Of a stretch of 64,000 nt of DNA, positions 31,382 to 44,200 are shown in pieces (position 1 is the first letter of the stretch; every line of letters begins with the position of its first letter). Made by a program: the position numbers and the translations under genes. This DNA is from Lingula anatina. Its lineage: Eukaryota > Animalia > Brachiopoda. The stretch spans positions 5,332,001 through 5,396,000 of the forward strand of contig JBPQGU010000016.1 of the NCBI GenBank assembly GCA_051362555.1, read 5' to 3'. The notes beneath the pieces are model-generated. The model saw nothing but the letters and a program-made list of their open reading frames with translations, was not told the origin of the DNA and made no database searches.

Positions 31382-31705
31382 TGAAATATATATGAAATTT
31401 TCAGTGGGCTAAGGAACAGGTGATTAGTTTTTGGTGCTGATCAGAATCAATAATCAATCAATAATCAAAAATAAAAAAACTAAGTTATGGACCGATTTTG
31501 ATGACATTTTCTGGAACTGTCACAAGTGGGTCAAGGAACAGATGATTAGTTTTTGGTGGTGATCCGGATCAGTAATCAATCAATAATCAATAATCAAAAA
31601 TAAAAAAACTAAATCATTATAGAATGAGAATTTAAGGGTGAAACGGCATTGGGTGGAGACCTTGCTGCCTTGGCGGAGGTCTGAGCTCTTGGAGTGCTTT
31701 TCTAG
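31381..31705 (+). mobile_element. 3' portion of a Helentron/HINE-like element
   Basis: Internal tandem subrepeats and a 3' end CCTTGGCGGAGGTCTGAGCTCTTGGAGTGCTTTTCTAG followed by a T-run. Absent at the paralogous position 41542. Confidence 0.6.
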
Positions 31706-33222
31706 TTTTTAAATGTACTTGGCTGTTAACTTCCCAATTTGCATTGGCACTCTGAGACACCTGTTGGTGAAAAAGGTTGCCCCACCTCCAATTCTTTTTT
31801 TTTTTCTTTTTTATTATGATCATATGATCACCTCGCATCAGTGCTTCTTATTTCAGACACCATAGAGTGTTTCTTATTTCAGATATCATATTTATCATGA
31901 CTCACGGTACAGAACATTAAAAATACCCGTGAAGATACCCCTAATTTATACCATTTTCCGAATTTAGAACATGCATCCCCTCAAATCTCGGAAATCTGAT
32001 GTTCTACAGTGAATCTCACAGTCCATAAAATTAAAACAGTAGCACCAAATGACACCAAATTTACACACAATTAGCACGAGCATGTGCTCGTTAAAGGCCA
32101 CCTGTCTAATAGCGTGAGTGTCCACCGTACTACCTTCAACTAGGGCAAGAATTCTGTTTTGTGGAAAATTACATCATTCGTCCAGAAAAGCTTTTTGGAA
32201 TTGGTCCAGATTGTAAGGGGGCTGAAGTTCCACTGCATTGCTACATGTTACTCCAATTCGGGAAGCAGCTGCTCAGTTAAGTTAGTATCAGGGCTCGAAG
32301 AAGGTTGATCCATCCTCCCATACTCAGAACATTGTGTTTCTGCAACAAATCACTCACCAGACGAGAAATGTGAGCAAATTTGTTCTCGAGGTGAAGCCTG
32401 TAGTTACCCAGAGTCACCTCTTGTAAATGGAGTGAGATTTATGTTTTAAATTTTACATTTATTATTTTTCCGGCATCTTTTGTGTGATCTAAAAATCTTC
32501 AATGCTGATTTTGACGATCACGCACGCACACAACCTTTCCTTATTGTGCAGTCTCTTTAATCAGTCTGAAATTACATATTCGGTAAATATATTTTCCAGG
32601 GCGTCAAATTTGAAAAGTTAACGAGGTCCAGTTTGCAGGCGTGGCAACATCATGGGAAATTATCTTTGATCGTGAAATTGAAATATCAATCCTAGCCTCA
32701 CGTGGGCATTTTCCATTTTGCCTAATTAGACTCTAGACAAAACTTCACTTACATCCGGTGACTTTATAGCTTTTATTTACTTTTGTTCATCCTGCTAATT
32801 TGACATTAAAAATCGTAAACCTTTTTTTACATTACTGTTCTTATTAATAGCAAATTAGGAGGGTGAACATTAGTAATGAGATAAAATCTAGAAGCTGATA
32901 TTAATTAGTCGTATGACACGTACTTACGCCAATACTTACGTATAAAAATCGAGGATGTTTTTCTTTACATTTTGAAGTGTGCCAATGAAAAAAGGATGTT
33001 ATTCTCCAAATTTTGAAGTGTGCCAATGAAAACAGGATGTTTTTCTTCAAATTGTGAACTATGTCAATGGAACTTTGAAGTCATGGAAATGTTCCAAAGG
33101 GAAAACGAAGAGGAACTCTCAGCTAAATCTACTCCCCTCTTGTGTTCGTTTGTGGTGCTGTATAAAGTAAGACGCCGAGCGTCCCAAGTAGTTTTCAAAG
33201 TTAAACGATAGGACTACGAAAA

Positions 33223-35639
33223 ATGTGGAATACCATTCAGGTAACGTAAGTCTAATACAAATAGCCTATGTCGTTTTACTCATTTTCATATGAATTAACT
33301 TGAAATGTCAAAAGATGCTCAGATAATTAATCACGTCCATTGTGATCACTGAGTTAGAACACTCGGAACATTGTAACGTGTTCTGATCCCACAGGTATAA
33401 ATACCCATTCTCTTAGTTTTTATTTATTTATTTATTTATTTTCGATTTCACTCACGATTTCTTAGAAATGGAAAAAAATAATGAATTTGGATTCTTGGAG
33501 TTTTATATTATGCTTAAATGAAATCCTTTTTGTAGGTCGTTGTATTCCTACTCTGCGTGAATGTCATTTACAGTTTTGTACTGTCGGCACCACCTACTAC
33601 TAGACGAACGGATGAAGTAATACCAACTACTAGACGAACGGATGAAGTAATCTTCCAAGGTATGGTAAATAAAAATGCCTGTTTAACAGGGATGGAAGTC
33701 CGCTAGGATTCGTAGTCCGCTTCCCATTACTTTGTACAGGTGACATTCCCCCCATTTACTAACCCAAATACTCCAACTAACCCTAACCTGCACTTATCAT
33801 ACGGGAGCCCGGACTTCCATTCCTAGGACTTCCATATCCTGTTACACATATCCTATTATATGTATTGGTCAGTTTGTATTTCCTTGCCAACCAAGAAATG
33901 CATGTAAACTGAGAGTGTCACAATTTTGTCGATCAGTATAAAATGCAAACATAAATAATAATAATAAAGATAATAATAACGATGGTATTTACTCAAAGTT
34001 TAAAATGTTAAATCGATTATACGCGTTATTTAAAGTACAAAATAAGAGGAAGGTTTAAATACATGAAAGAAGTTTTTTCGTGGTATCCAGATACGATGAT
34101 AAAATACAATTATCTTTACTAAAGAGACTGAACAATGTCCCGTTTCCTGAGCATTGAATTCCGGCGCGAAATCACCATTCACGTGACCATGCAAAGCCCA
34201 TAGGTGGTGGTCAGAAACGTCGTGTTTGACTGATGTTATTTAGTTTTTAGAGTTTTTATCAAGATTAAAATTCTCATTGTGAAAAGTAGGTAAAGACGAG
34301 CCTTTTGGTTAGCACGTGACCAAAGCCCATAGGTGGTGGTCAGAAACGTCGTGTTTGACTGATGTTGTTTAGTTCTTAGAGTTTTTATCAAGATTAAAAT
34401 TCTCATTGTGAAAAGTAGGTAAAAACGAGCCTTTTGGTTAGCAAGGAAATATACACTAGCTTTCACTTATTCTGCTGTTAACGTAAGTTTTAAACTTTAG
34501 GCTCGACGTGTGCCATTGGGATGTTGCACAGACGGTAAAAATACCGTTGTTGAAACTCCATTTGCAAAGTTTTCAGCGTAAAACGACTATCAACGCTTTC
34601 TTATTAATTAGAGTCAATTGAAGATGCCGATCGATCAACCATGGTCGGAAATAAATATGAACTATCTGAATATGTTTTAATAAAAGTGTCTATCTCAAAT
34701 GTACACTTAAAACATTATCATGATCTCTGAATGTTTGAAATAATTTCTCAGCAAACAAATGGATGGTCATAGTTAATCTTTGAAAACTTGGATCAAATAT
34801 GAACTGCGAAATATATGTGTAATCAATATTTCTGCAGTGATCATATGAATCACAGAATTACGAAGTTTGATTTCCTTCGATACATACATTACTGATATAT
34901 TTTTAAAATGATTATTAAATGTTTATTACAACTTCTTGTGCGCCTACATCTAATTCATACTGAAAATAGATTGCAAATGAAGAGAAACGTAACAGAAAAA
35001 GTAGTTATCTACAAACGTCAGTGAAAAGTTGTTCTATGGTGCATACAACACATTACCAATAATAACGTTACCAATAGCTACGATGTCACAGAAATTACTT
35101 GCCTTCCCCAAAAACTATGCCACATTTGTTTCGCTGTTTGCCCATTACCAAACATAGTTTAATCCATGCATCGTGTATTAATTTATCTTTGCTATCATTA
35201 TTTTAATTTGGTAATATTACACACGCACTAATCAATTACACGGGGATTTTTTTTTTTTTTTTTAGAACACCCAGACGGATTCTGGTTTGGAACTCAAAAA
35301 ATGGCTTGTGTCATGGGAAAGAAGAACAAACGCTCTGTATTTCGATTTCCCTTACGCATTGCACATCGCCTGATATACTATCGTGGGCTAATCTTCGAGT
35401 GGGGAGTTCGTGATGAGAACGGCGAGATAGGGTATTCTATTGGCACGTCCCCTGCCGCTCCACACTGTGAAGTCCGCTGGGAGGCTCGGCCAGCAGCGAC
35501 GAGTACCTGTGGTATTGAAGCCGCCAAAGAGTTTACACGATCCTACAAATCGAGATTTGGAAGGTACCGCTTTTTATTCAACAACTGCCACAGGTTTGCC
35601 AACCGTCTAGCGGGCATGTTGCAAAACGGCGATTGTTAA
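33223..35639 (+). CDS. Small secreted permuted NlpC/P60 (LRAT/PPPDE-like) protein, copy A (~171 aa); exons 33223-33240, 33536-33659, 35266-35639
   Basis: TATA at ~33161; signal-peptide-like MWNTIQVVVFLLCVNVIYSFVLSA; AHRLIYYRGLIFEWG...YRFLFNNCHRFA, i.e. His before an NCxxF Cys. Junctions are in frame. Confidence 0.7.
33685..33847. mobile_element. MITE in intron 2 of copy A
   Basis: TIR TAACAGGGATGGAAGTCC...GGACTTCCATATCCTGTTA; it is the reverse-complement homologue of 42801-42972. Confidence 0.7.
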
Positions 35640-37763
35640 CCTCGCTTCGGGGCTGCGGAAACAGATGATGAGGATTGAATGGTGAAGTTGGCAAAATATG
35701 GCAAATATTGTACTATATTTGAGTTGTAACAGGAGAAACATTCACAATCATTTTAACAAACTCAAATTAATAAGTGCCTGATGTCGAGAAATAACAAAGC
35801 TGTATGTTTTGAAAATACAAGAAGCCTATGAATCACTAACGTACCCATTTGAAAATAAGTAATGTAGTATTTTTTTTTTTTTTTTTTTTTTGTTCATACT
35901 GCGAGAAAAAATAATTTGAACTTGAAAACACGCATTTGCGAGATCTGAACTAGTATAATTTAGACGACAAGTTTTCAGCGTGCAACCAGTTTTATGAATG
36001 ACCGCCTTGTTTTATACTACCCCATGACAATTATTCAGATTCATTTATATTCTAAAGAGGTTTATGAATAAAACTTTGCTGAACAACTAAAATTACCTGC
36101 TTTTGATTTTTGTTAATCATATATATTCTAAAGAGGTTTATAAATAAAAACTTTGCCGAACAAACCCAAAATTTGCTGTTTTTGATTTTTGTTGATCACC
36201 ATTTCGGCATACTTAAGCACTTTGGCATGACACATGAATGCTGGAGATAAAATCCTCCTTTGTCGAGTACAATCATTTTTTATCGAGCAATCATAAAATA
36301 CTAGTATCTTTCAAAAGGCAGGGAGATAATTCGCAAGTCACAAGTTTTAAATGCACCAGTGTAACTGTTTTAGTTATATTTCATCTATTCTACTGGATTT
36401 ACATCTCATAATGAAGTCATTGGACAGTTAAAGCTATAATTCTTTGTTTTTCGGTTATCAACCCCCTATTTTTCATTTTTTTTTAACGTGACCAGAATGT
36501 AAACATCAAGCATAACCAAATTTTTTAAAAAGGTAACTACACACATTAAAGAACGGTTTCATATTTTGGCAAAATATTCCACCCAAAATTCAACCGTTCA
36601 AAGGTCGTACTTCTATAGATACATATCTTTGATAAGTTTTGCAAATATTTACAAAGAAACTGAAACCGTGTCTACTACTGCTACTGCATGCAACACAAAA
36701 ATAAAAAGTATAACAAAGATTGAAAGATCGATAAGAATCTATCAAATGTAAGATTTTGGAAAGTACCGAGAAAATTGTATTTTATGTTTACCTAGACATC
36801 TCACCATAGGTATTTTGCACGAAAAATATCTGTTTCATTTATTTCTCCCTAAATCCATTTTTGTTGCGACAATTTAAAAAGTCAGCAGTCAAACGATATA
36901 CACACAAATGCGCGAGCGCACACAAAAATAGTGGCGCTACTGTATCCATCCCCAGAAATATGTTCTTAAAACTTATGGAGTCTTCTCGTGTTGAAAAGAA
37001 AATTATTCAAAATATCAATTGCCATATAAATTTTTTTAAATACAAAGTAAAAAACAAATACTGGTATTGACTGGGTTGATTAATACATCCTATTAAATTT
37101 ACATCTATAGCTAGTTTATTTGAATGAATTGGGGATATATTGGGTCTTAAGTAGCCAGAACGTTTTTTGTCACCGATAGTTATTCTCCTTCACCGTGTCC
37201 TTTATACAGTACTTCAGTTCTACTCCTGGCTCCTCAGCCTTCTCAAGTAGTGTGGGAGAAGTACAATTTTTCCGGGTCAGATTAAAATAGCAATGTGAAA
37301 AGAAACACAAAGAGTTTATTTAAATAAACCTGCGGGTAACCTTGAACGTAGTACCAAATACAACGATAAAAGCTTTAATTAAGCCGTGGGTGCTACGTGT
37401 CGTCAGTGCTAGATAGACTTTGGTAAGATTTATTCTATGGAAACAAGTGGTATCAGAAATATAGGAAATTGTTTAAAATAGTTCCATTTTAATAGAAAAG
37501 AAACGTTTTTTACCTTAATTTATAGAACATTTAAACCACAGTGAGTTTTTTTTTTTTTTTTTTTTTTTGTATTTATTTTATTATATTGAATATAAAAATG
37601 GATGCTTTAGAAACACAAGAATACAAAATAGAATTGTACAATGCCTCATCTTTCATTTCGTGGCTGATATTAAGTAACAGTCACTGAAAACATTGTCCTT
37701 CATATTACTCTACCTCACAAAAGTCTTCATATACAACTGAATCCACAAAAGGAACAGAATATT

Positions 37764-38204
37764 TCACTGTGGAGGCTGTGCATAGAGGCAGTCATTTCCT
37801 TGGTATGTCTCCAACGGTTCGTTTAACCATTCCGTAAATCCAGCATCTTTCACAAATTGCTTTACCTCCTGATCGTACTTCAGCTTGAAACCTTCCGGAT
37901 CGCGCGCCAACACGAACAGCGTGACCCGGAAGTTATCTGTGACCACTGCATACTCGTACTGACCATTGGTAGAAAACGTCTGGGGACCCAGCTTAATAAT
38001 CCAATCTGAAAAAGGACATTACAGCGGGCTCAAAAAGTTATGCAATAGTTCGTTTATATCTATTAAAAACATTCCCGTCTTATACACTGACTAAGTATAT
38101 ATTTACTGAACTGCAGAGGACTTTAGCATTCTATTATATTTATTATATTATATTATATTTATATAGTTATTTGTAGTTGCTATCAGATTAAGTAATATAT
38201 ATAT

Positions 38205-38248
<44 letters not shown>

Positions 38249-41200
38249 CTGGTAAATATTGAATAAAAAAATTAATAAATTATAAATATTTTGACCAATC
38301 TGCTGGAAGGTAGCTCTTTGAGTCTGGCGCTGTATCTCTGTGTCTGTTTTGCAATATCAGAATAGAGTGGAAATCTTCCAAATTCAGCTCTACAGGCATT
38401 GTTCATAGCATTTTTTAGATGTAGTTGTTCAAAAGGAAATTTATTTAGTTTTGTAAGTGACATTTGTTTTTCCTTGAATATTTCTTCAGACCAAACTTCA
38501 CACCCATATAGTAAGATGGGCTTGATGGTTCTGTCAAAAAGTTTTAAGTTGAGTGTGGGAGATGTTATCTTGTTTGAGGACAGGGCTGTTTTAAGAGCAA
38601 AAGTTGCTTTTAGAGCCTTTTTCTTTAAATTTTCAATTGCTTTTTTCATTGAACCTGTATTTGTAAAGGTTAAACCCAGATAATTGCACTCTTTTACTGA
38701 TTCAATGGCTATACTATTTATTGTAAATGATGTTGCAGAGTCTAATTTTCCTTTTTTATTAAATATCATGATCTTGGACTTTTTTCATTTATGTTTAGTT
38801 TCCACTTTTTACAGTAAGCTTGCAGTGCCGTTAGTTTATTTTGTAGACCATCTCTGGATGCCGATATTAGGACAAGGTCGTCAGCATACAAGATGTGATT
38901 CAGTCCATTAATTGCACCGGGCTGGTTACAAGAAAGGAAAGCCTCCTTGATGTCATCCATGTATAAATTAAAGAGAGTGGGACTAAGGTTATCTCCTTGG
39001 CGGATTCCTAATCTTTGATAAAAATGGGGTAGTGTAACCTAAACCTACCGAGATGCCTAATCTGGTGTTACTATACATGCTTTTTATGACACGGTAGAAT
39101 TTCCCCCTAATCCCGAGTTTAAGTAATTTCAGTAACAGTCCCTTGTGCCATACTGAATCAAAGGCTTTTCTCATGTCAATGAAACAGGCATACAGCTTTT
39201 TGTTTTGATTGAGATACCCGTTGACTAGTGATTTCAAAGTAAAGATATGATCTGTTGTTCTATAACCTGGCCTGAAGCCTGCTTGGTCTTCACTTAAATT
39301 GTTTTCATTGTTAATATGTTGGATGAGCCTGTGTGCTAAAACTGAATTAAATAATTTCCCTAAGCAACTAGTTATGCAGAGGCCTCTATAGTTTTCAGGG
39401 TTCATATGTCCTCCTGATTTAAAAAGCGGGATTATAATTCCTAGGTTCCAAGATTCAGGGATTTCAGATGTATTTAGCACCATGTTTAATAGTTTTGTGA
39501 GCACAACTGCAAAATACTGTGCTCCTGCTTTCAACATTTCATTTCTCACCTTGTCTTCCCCAGGTGATTTCCCATTTTTTAGATATTTAATGGCATTTTT
39601 AACCTCTTTCACTGTAATAGGTTTGTCAAGTACTGCTTCACCTGGTAGGCTTTCATAAGATTTAATTTCATTATCTAAGGCATGGTCACCTTCAGGAGGG
39701 ATCCCACACAAATGGTAGAAGTGGCTAAACCATGTATCTGGACTAATTAAGTTTTGCTGCTCTTTATCATGGTTTAGTTTTTTAAGGGTTTGCCAAAATG
39801 CCTTGGTTTTTTTTCTTCAAGGTTTAACAGGTCATTTAAGAGTGCATTTTTGTGGTTATGTTTCTTTTGTTTAATTACTTGTTTATACTTTTTTGCAACT
39901 TCATGGTATGTGCATGAAATGAAGTTATTTTTTGGGTTATTTTGAAGAAGTTTGCCTAGGTACTTTACATTTCGTCGTATTTCAGCACAAGTGCCGTCAA
40001 ACCACGGTTGTTTTCTCGTTCTATTAGGTCTTTTTTTAGGCTTATTTTCAGTTCGCTTCTTAATACGCAAGGATGATTTAGCAGCCTTTTCCAAGATGTT
40101 TGTAAGTGAATTGCATGCATTGTGCACACCTTCTTTTGTAGCAGGGAAATTGGTAAGTTGTAGGGAGCAAATGTCATTCATCATTGTCTCATTTTCTAGG
40201 GCCTCTATGAACTTTTCACGTGAGTTTGACTCCCAAATGTAGCGGTCACTGAATCCCTTTACTTGCTGTGTTTGTGCAGACTGTTTGAAACCTGTTATTT
40301 GTATATGTCAGATCTAACCTGCAGTGATCTGATAAGTAATCTATGGATGTACTGTAAAATATTTGATTTTGCTCAAAAGCCCATCACTAACAATAGCGTA
40401 ATCTACTGTGCTGCAACCCTTAGGTGAAATATCCTAAAGAATTGCCTCGTACTATTCTACCATTTAGAATACACAAGTTACTACTAATGCACAGTAATGC
40501 ACATACGTATGCTGAAGGTATCCCGTAGGAAACTATGGGTAACTGTATAACATGATAGAATAACATAGTGTATAATGTAGGGCCTATTCATCCTAAAAGT
40601 TCTCATTACTCCCTTATCTTACTCTCTATCAAAGAAAAAAGGGAGGTGCCCCCTCCCGGCCTCCAACACATTCTCACTCAATAGCTATAGAAATATCTGT
40701 AAAAATCTAGAGAAAAATTGTTCCAAAACCCTGGTCGAGGGCATGATTACCGGTACTAAAGGATACTTACATGGAGCTTTCACAGGTACTCCGTCCAGTT
40801 TGACTGCCAGTTTCCCCGGCTCCTCCGTGGTGTAAGCAAATCCTCGGATGGTGTGAGCCTCTCCTGTAGGCGTCTTGGTTCTCTGGGCATTAAACACACT
40901 GACCGTGGTATTACTGACAGCGCCATCTGGAGGTGAGAACGTTTTGACAGTTTAACTGAACTCTCTGTTGTAAAGCAAATTACTTATACTTTTACTAATT
41001 GCAGATACTAATTAAAACGGAATCAAATGTGCAAAATCATAGGGAGTTGTTGAGAGTAAGTTAAGTTTCAGCAAGAGTCAACAAGTGTAGAACATGTTTT
41101 AGTGTCAGAAAAAGATGGAAAAGGTCAAAGTCAGTAACAGTGTATGTGATTGGTTTATTTCTCAATAGATTTACAAGTTTCTTACACGTGTAAAACACAT

Positions 41201-44200
41201 GCAAGCTTAGGATGAGTAAGGTTCAAGCATGAGTTATTCAAATAATATTTTAGATATTTTAAATTGAAAACAAGTCTCTTAGAAATTACCTTATGAGGAA
41301 ATGTTGAACGGAGGTTTGCAACAATGGAAAGTAAACAAGTAAATGCATGACCAGTACAGAGGAATATACTTAAAATACTTGCAAAATTGTATGAACAGAG
41401 GGTCGATGAATAAACGTTAGAAAGCTCCAATTTGTCTTTATTCTTCATTATGATATCTCCATACCTTCAGTATGTCAACTGGTTTGCATTTGTTCATAAA
41501 TCCCAGGGGGTTTTATCAGATACAAACTGACTGGTGCAAACTTTTTTAAATGTACTTGGCTGTTAACTTCCCAATTTTCAGTGACACTCTGAGACACCTG
41601 TTTTAACATATACACTCTTGGTGAAAAAGGTTGACCCACCTCCAATCATTTTTTTTTTTTTGTTTTGTTTTATCATGATCACATGATCATCTCGCATGTT
41701 GAATAGTGTTTCTTATTTCAGATACCATATTTATCATGATTCACGGTACAGAACATATAAAATACCCGTGAAGATACCCCTACTTTATACCATTTATCCG
41801 AATTTAGACCATGCATCCCCTCAAATCTCGTCCAGAAAATTATTTTTTGAATATTCGTTAAATATATTTTCCAAGGCGCCATCTTTGAAGAGTTAACGAG
41901 GTCCGGTATCAATCATAACCTCACGTGGCGTGGGCATTTTCCATTTTTGCCTAATTAGACTCTCGACAAAACTACACTTACATCTGGTGACTTTATAGCT
42001 TTTATTTACTTTTGTTCATTCTGCTAATTTGACATTAAAAATCGTAAATCTTTTTTTACATTACTGTTTTTATTAAATGCAAATTAGGAGGGTGCGCATG
42101 AGTAATAAGATAAAATCTAGAAGCTGATATTAATTAGTCGTACGACACGTACGTACTCCCATACTTACGTATAAAAATTGAGGATGTTTTTCTTTAAATT
42201 TTGAAGTGTGTCAATGGAAAAGGGATGTTTTTCTTTAAACTTTGAAGTGTACCAATGGAAAAGGGATGTTTTTCTTCAAATTTGGAGTGTGTCAATGGAA
42301 ACAGGATGTTTTTCTTCAAATTGTGAACTATGCCAATGGAACTTTGAAGTCATGGAAGTGTTCCAAAGGGAAAACAAAGAGGGACTCTTAGCGAAATCTA
42401 CTTCCTTCTCGTGTTCGTTTGTGGTGCTATATAAAGTAAGACGCCGAGCGTCCCAAGTAGTTATCGAAGTTAAACGATAGGATTACGAAAAATGTGGAAT
42501 ACCATTCAGGTACCGTAAGTCTTATACAAATACCCTATGTCGTTTTACTTATTTTCATATGAATTACCTTGACATTTACCTTGAAATTTCAAAAGATGCT
42601 CAGAGAATCGCATCCATAGTGATCACTGAGTTACAACACTGAAAAAAAGTTTTTCGGAACAGTTGTATATTATGTTTAAATCCTTTTTGTAGGTCGTTGC
42701 TTTCCTACTCTGCGTGAACGTCATGTACAGTCATGCACTGTGGATACCAACTGGACGAAGGGATGAAATAAACTTCCAAGGTATGGTAAATAAAATAGTG
42801 CCGGTGGAACAGGAATGGAAGTTCTAGCAATGGAAGTCCGGGCTCCCATATTATTAGTACAGGTGCGGGTTAGTTGGAGTATCGGGGTTAGAAATTGGGA
42901 CGAATGTCACCTGTACAAAGTAATGTGAAGCGGACTATGGTTCCTAGCGGACTTCCATTCCTGTTACACCGGCGCGAAATCACCATTCACGTGACCAAAG
43001 CCCATAGGTAGTGGACAGAAACGTCGTGTTTGACTGATGTTATTGAGTTCTTAGAGTTTTTATCAAGATTAAAATTGTCATTGTCATTTTGGTTAGCAAG
43101 GAAATATACACTAGCTTTCACTTATTCTGCTGTTAACGTAAGTTTTAAACTTTAGACTCGACGTGTGCCTTTGGGATGTTGCACAGACGGTAAAAAATAC
43201 TGTTGTTGAAACTCCATTTGCAAAGTTTTCAGCGTAAAACGACTATCAACGCTTTCTTATTAATTAGAGTCAATTGGTGTTGCCGATCGATCAACCATGG
43301 TTGGAAATAAATATGAACAATATGAATATGTTTTAATAAAAGTTACATGTCAATCTCAAATGTACACTTAAAACATTATCATGATCTCTGAATGTTTGAA
43401 ATAATTTCTCAGCAAACAAATGGATGGTCATAGTCAATCTTATATTTTAATGCTTATCATATGTTTATTACAACTTCTTGTGTGCCCACATCTAATTCAT
43501 ACTGAAAATAGATTGCAAATGAAGAGAAACGTAACAGAAAAAAGTAGTTATCTTCAAACGTTCAGTAAAATGTTGTTCTATGGTGCATACAACACATTAC
43601 CAATAATAACGTTACCAATAGCTACGATATCACAGAAATTATTTGCCTTCCCCCAAAACTATGCCTGCCATTTTTGTTTCGCTGTTTGCCAATTACCAAG
43701 CATAGTTTAAAGGTACATACGAACCGAGCATCGGTGGAGTGTGGATTCCGAGTAACACATGTCAACCACTTCTACTAGATTCTTGAATGACTCAAATAAA
43801 TTCGGCATGCCAAGGGATAAACTGAATAGATCACTCGATCAGCCGTAAAAGACCATTAGACTGCTCCTTTCTTTAAATTTATGGTTGTAAATTTAACCTA
43901 CTTCCGTGACCTACTTTCCTGCCCCATTGACATACAGCTTAGAATGCCAGCAGAAAGATCTGTTCAAACATCATTTTCGGGTAAAATTAAACAATGCCTT
44001 TTGGTAATTCTCTTAGTTATACTACTTGAAACTATATGCTGGCATTTGGTTGGTTTTTGTGACAAAAAATTGACTTTGTATGCATCTTTAATGCATGCAT
44101 TGTGTATTAATTAATCTTTGCTATCATAATTTCTAATTGGTAATATTACACACACACACTAATCAATTACAATTTTTTAGAATACCCAGGCGGAATCTGG

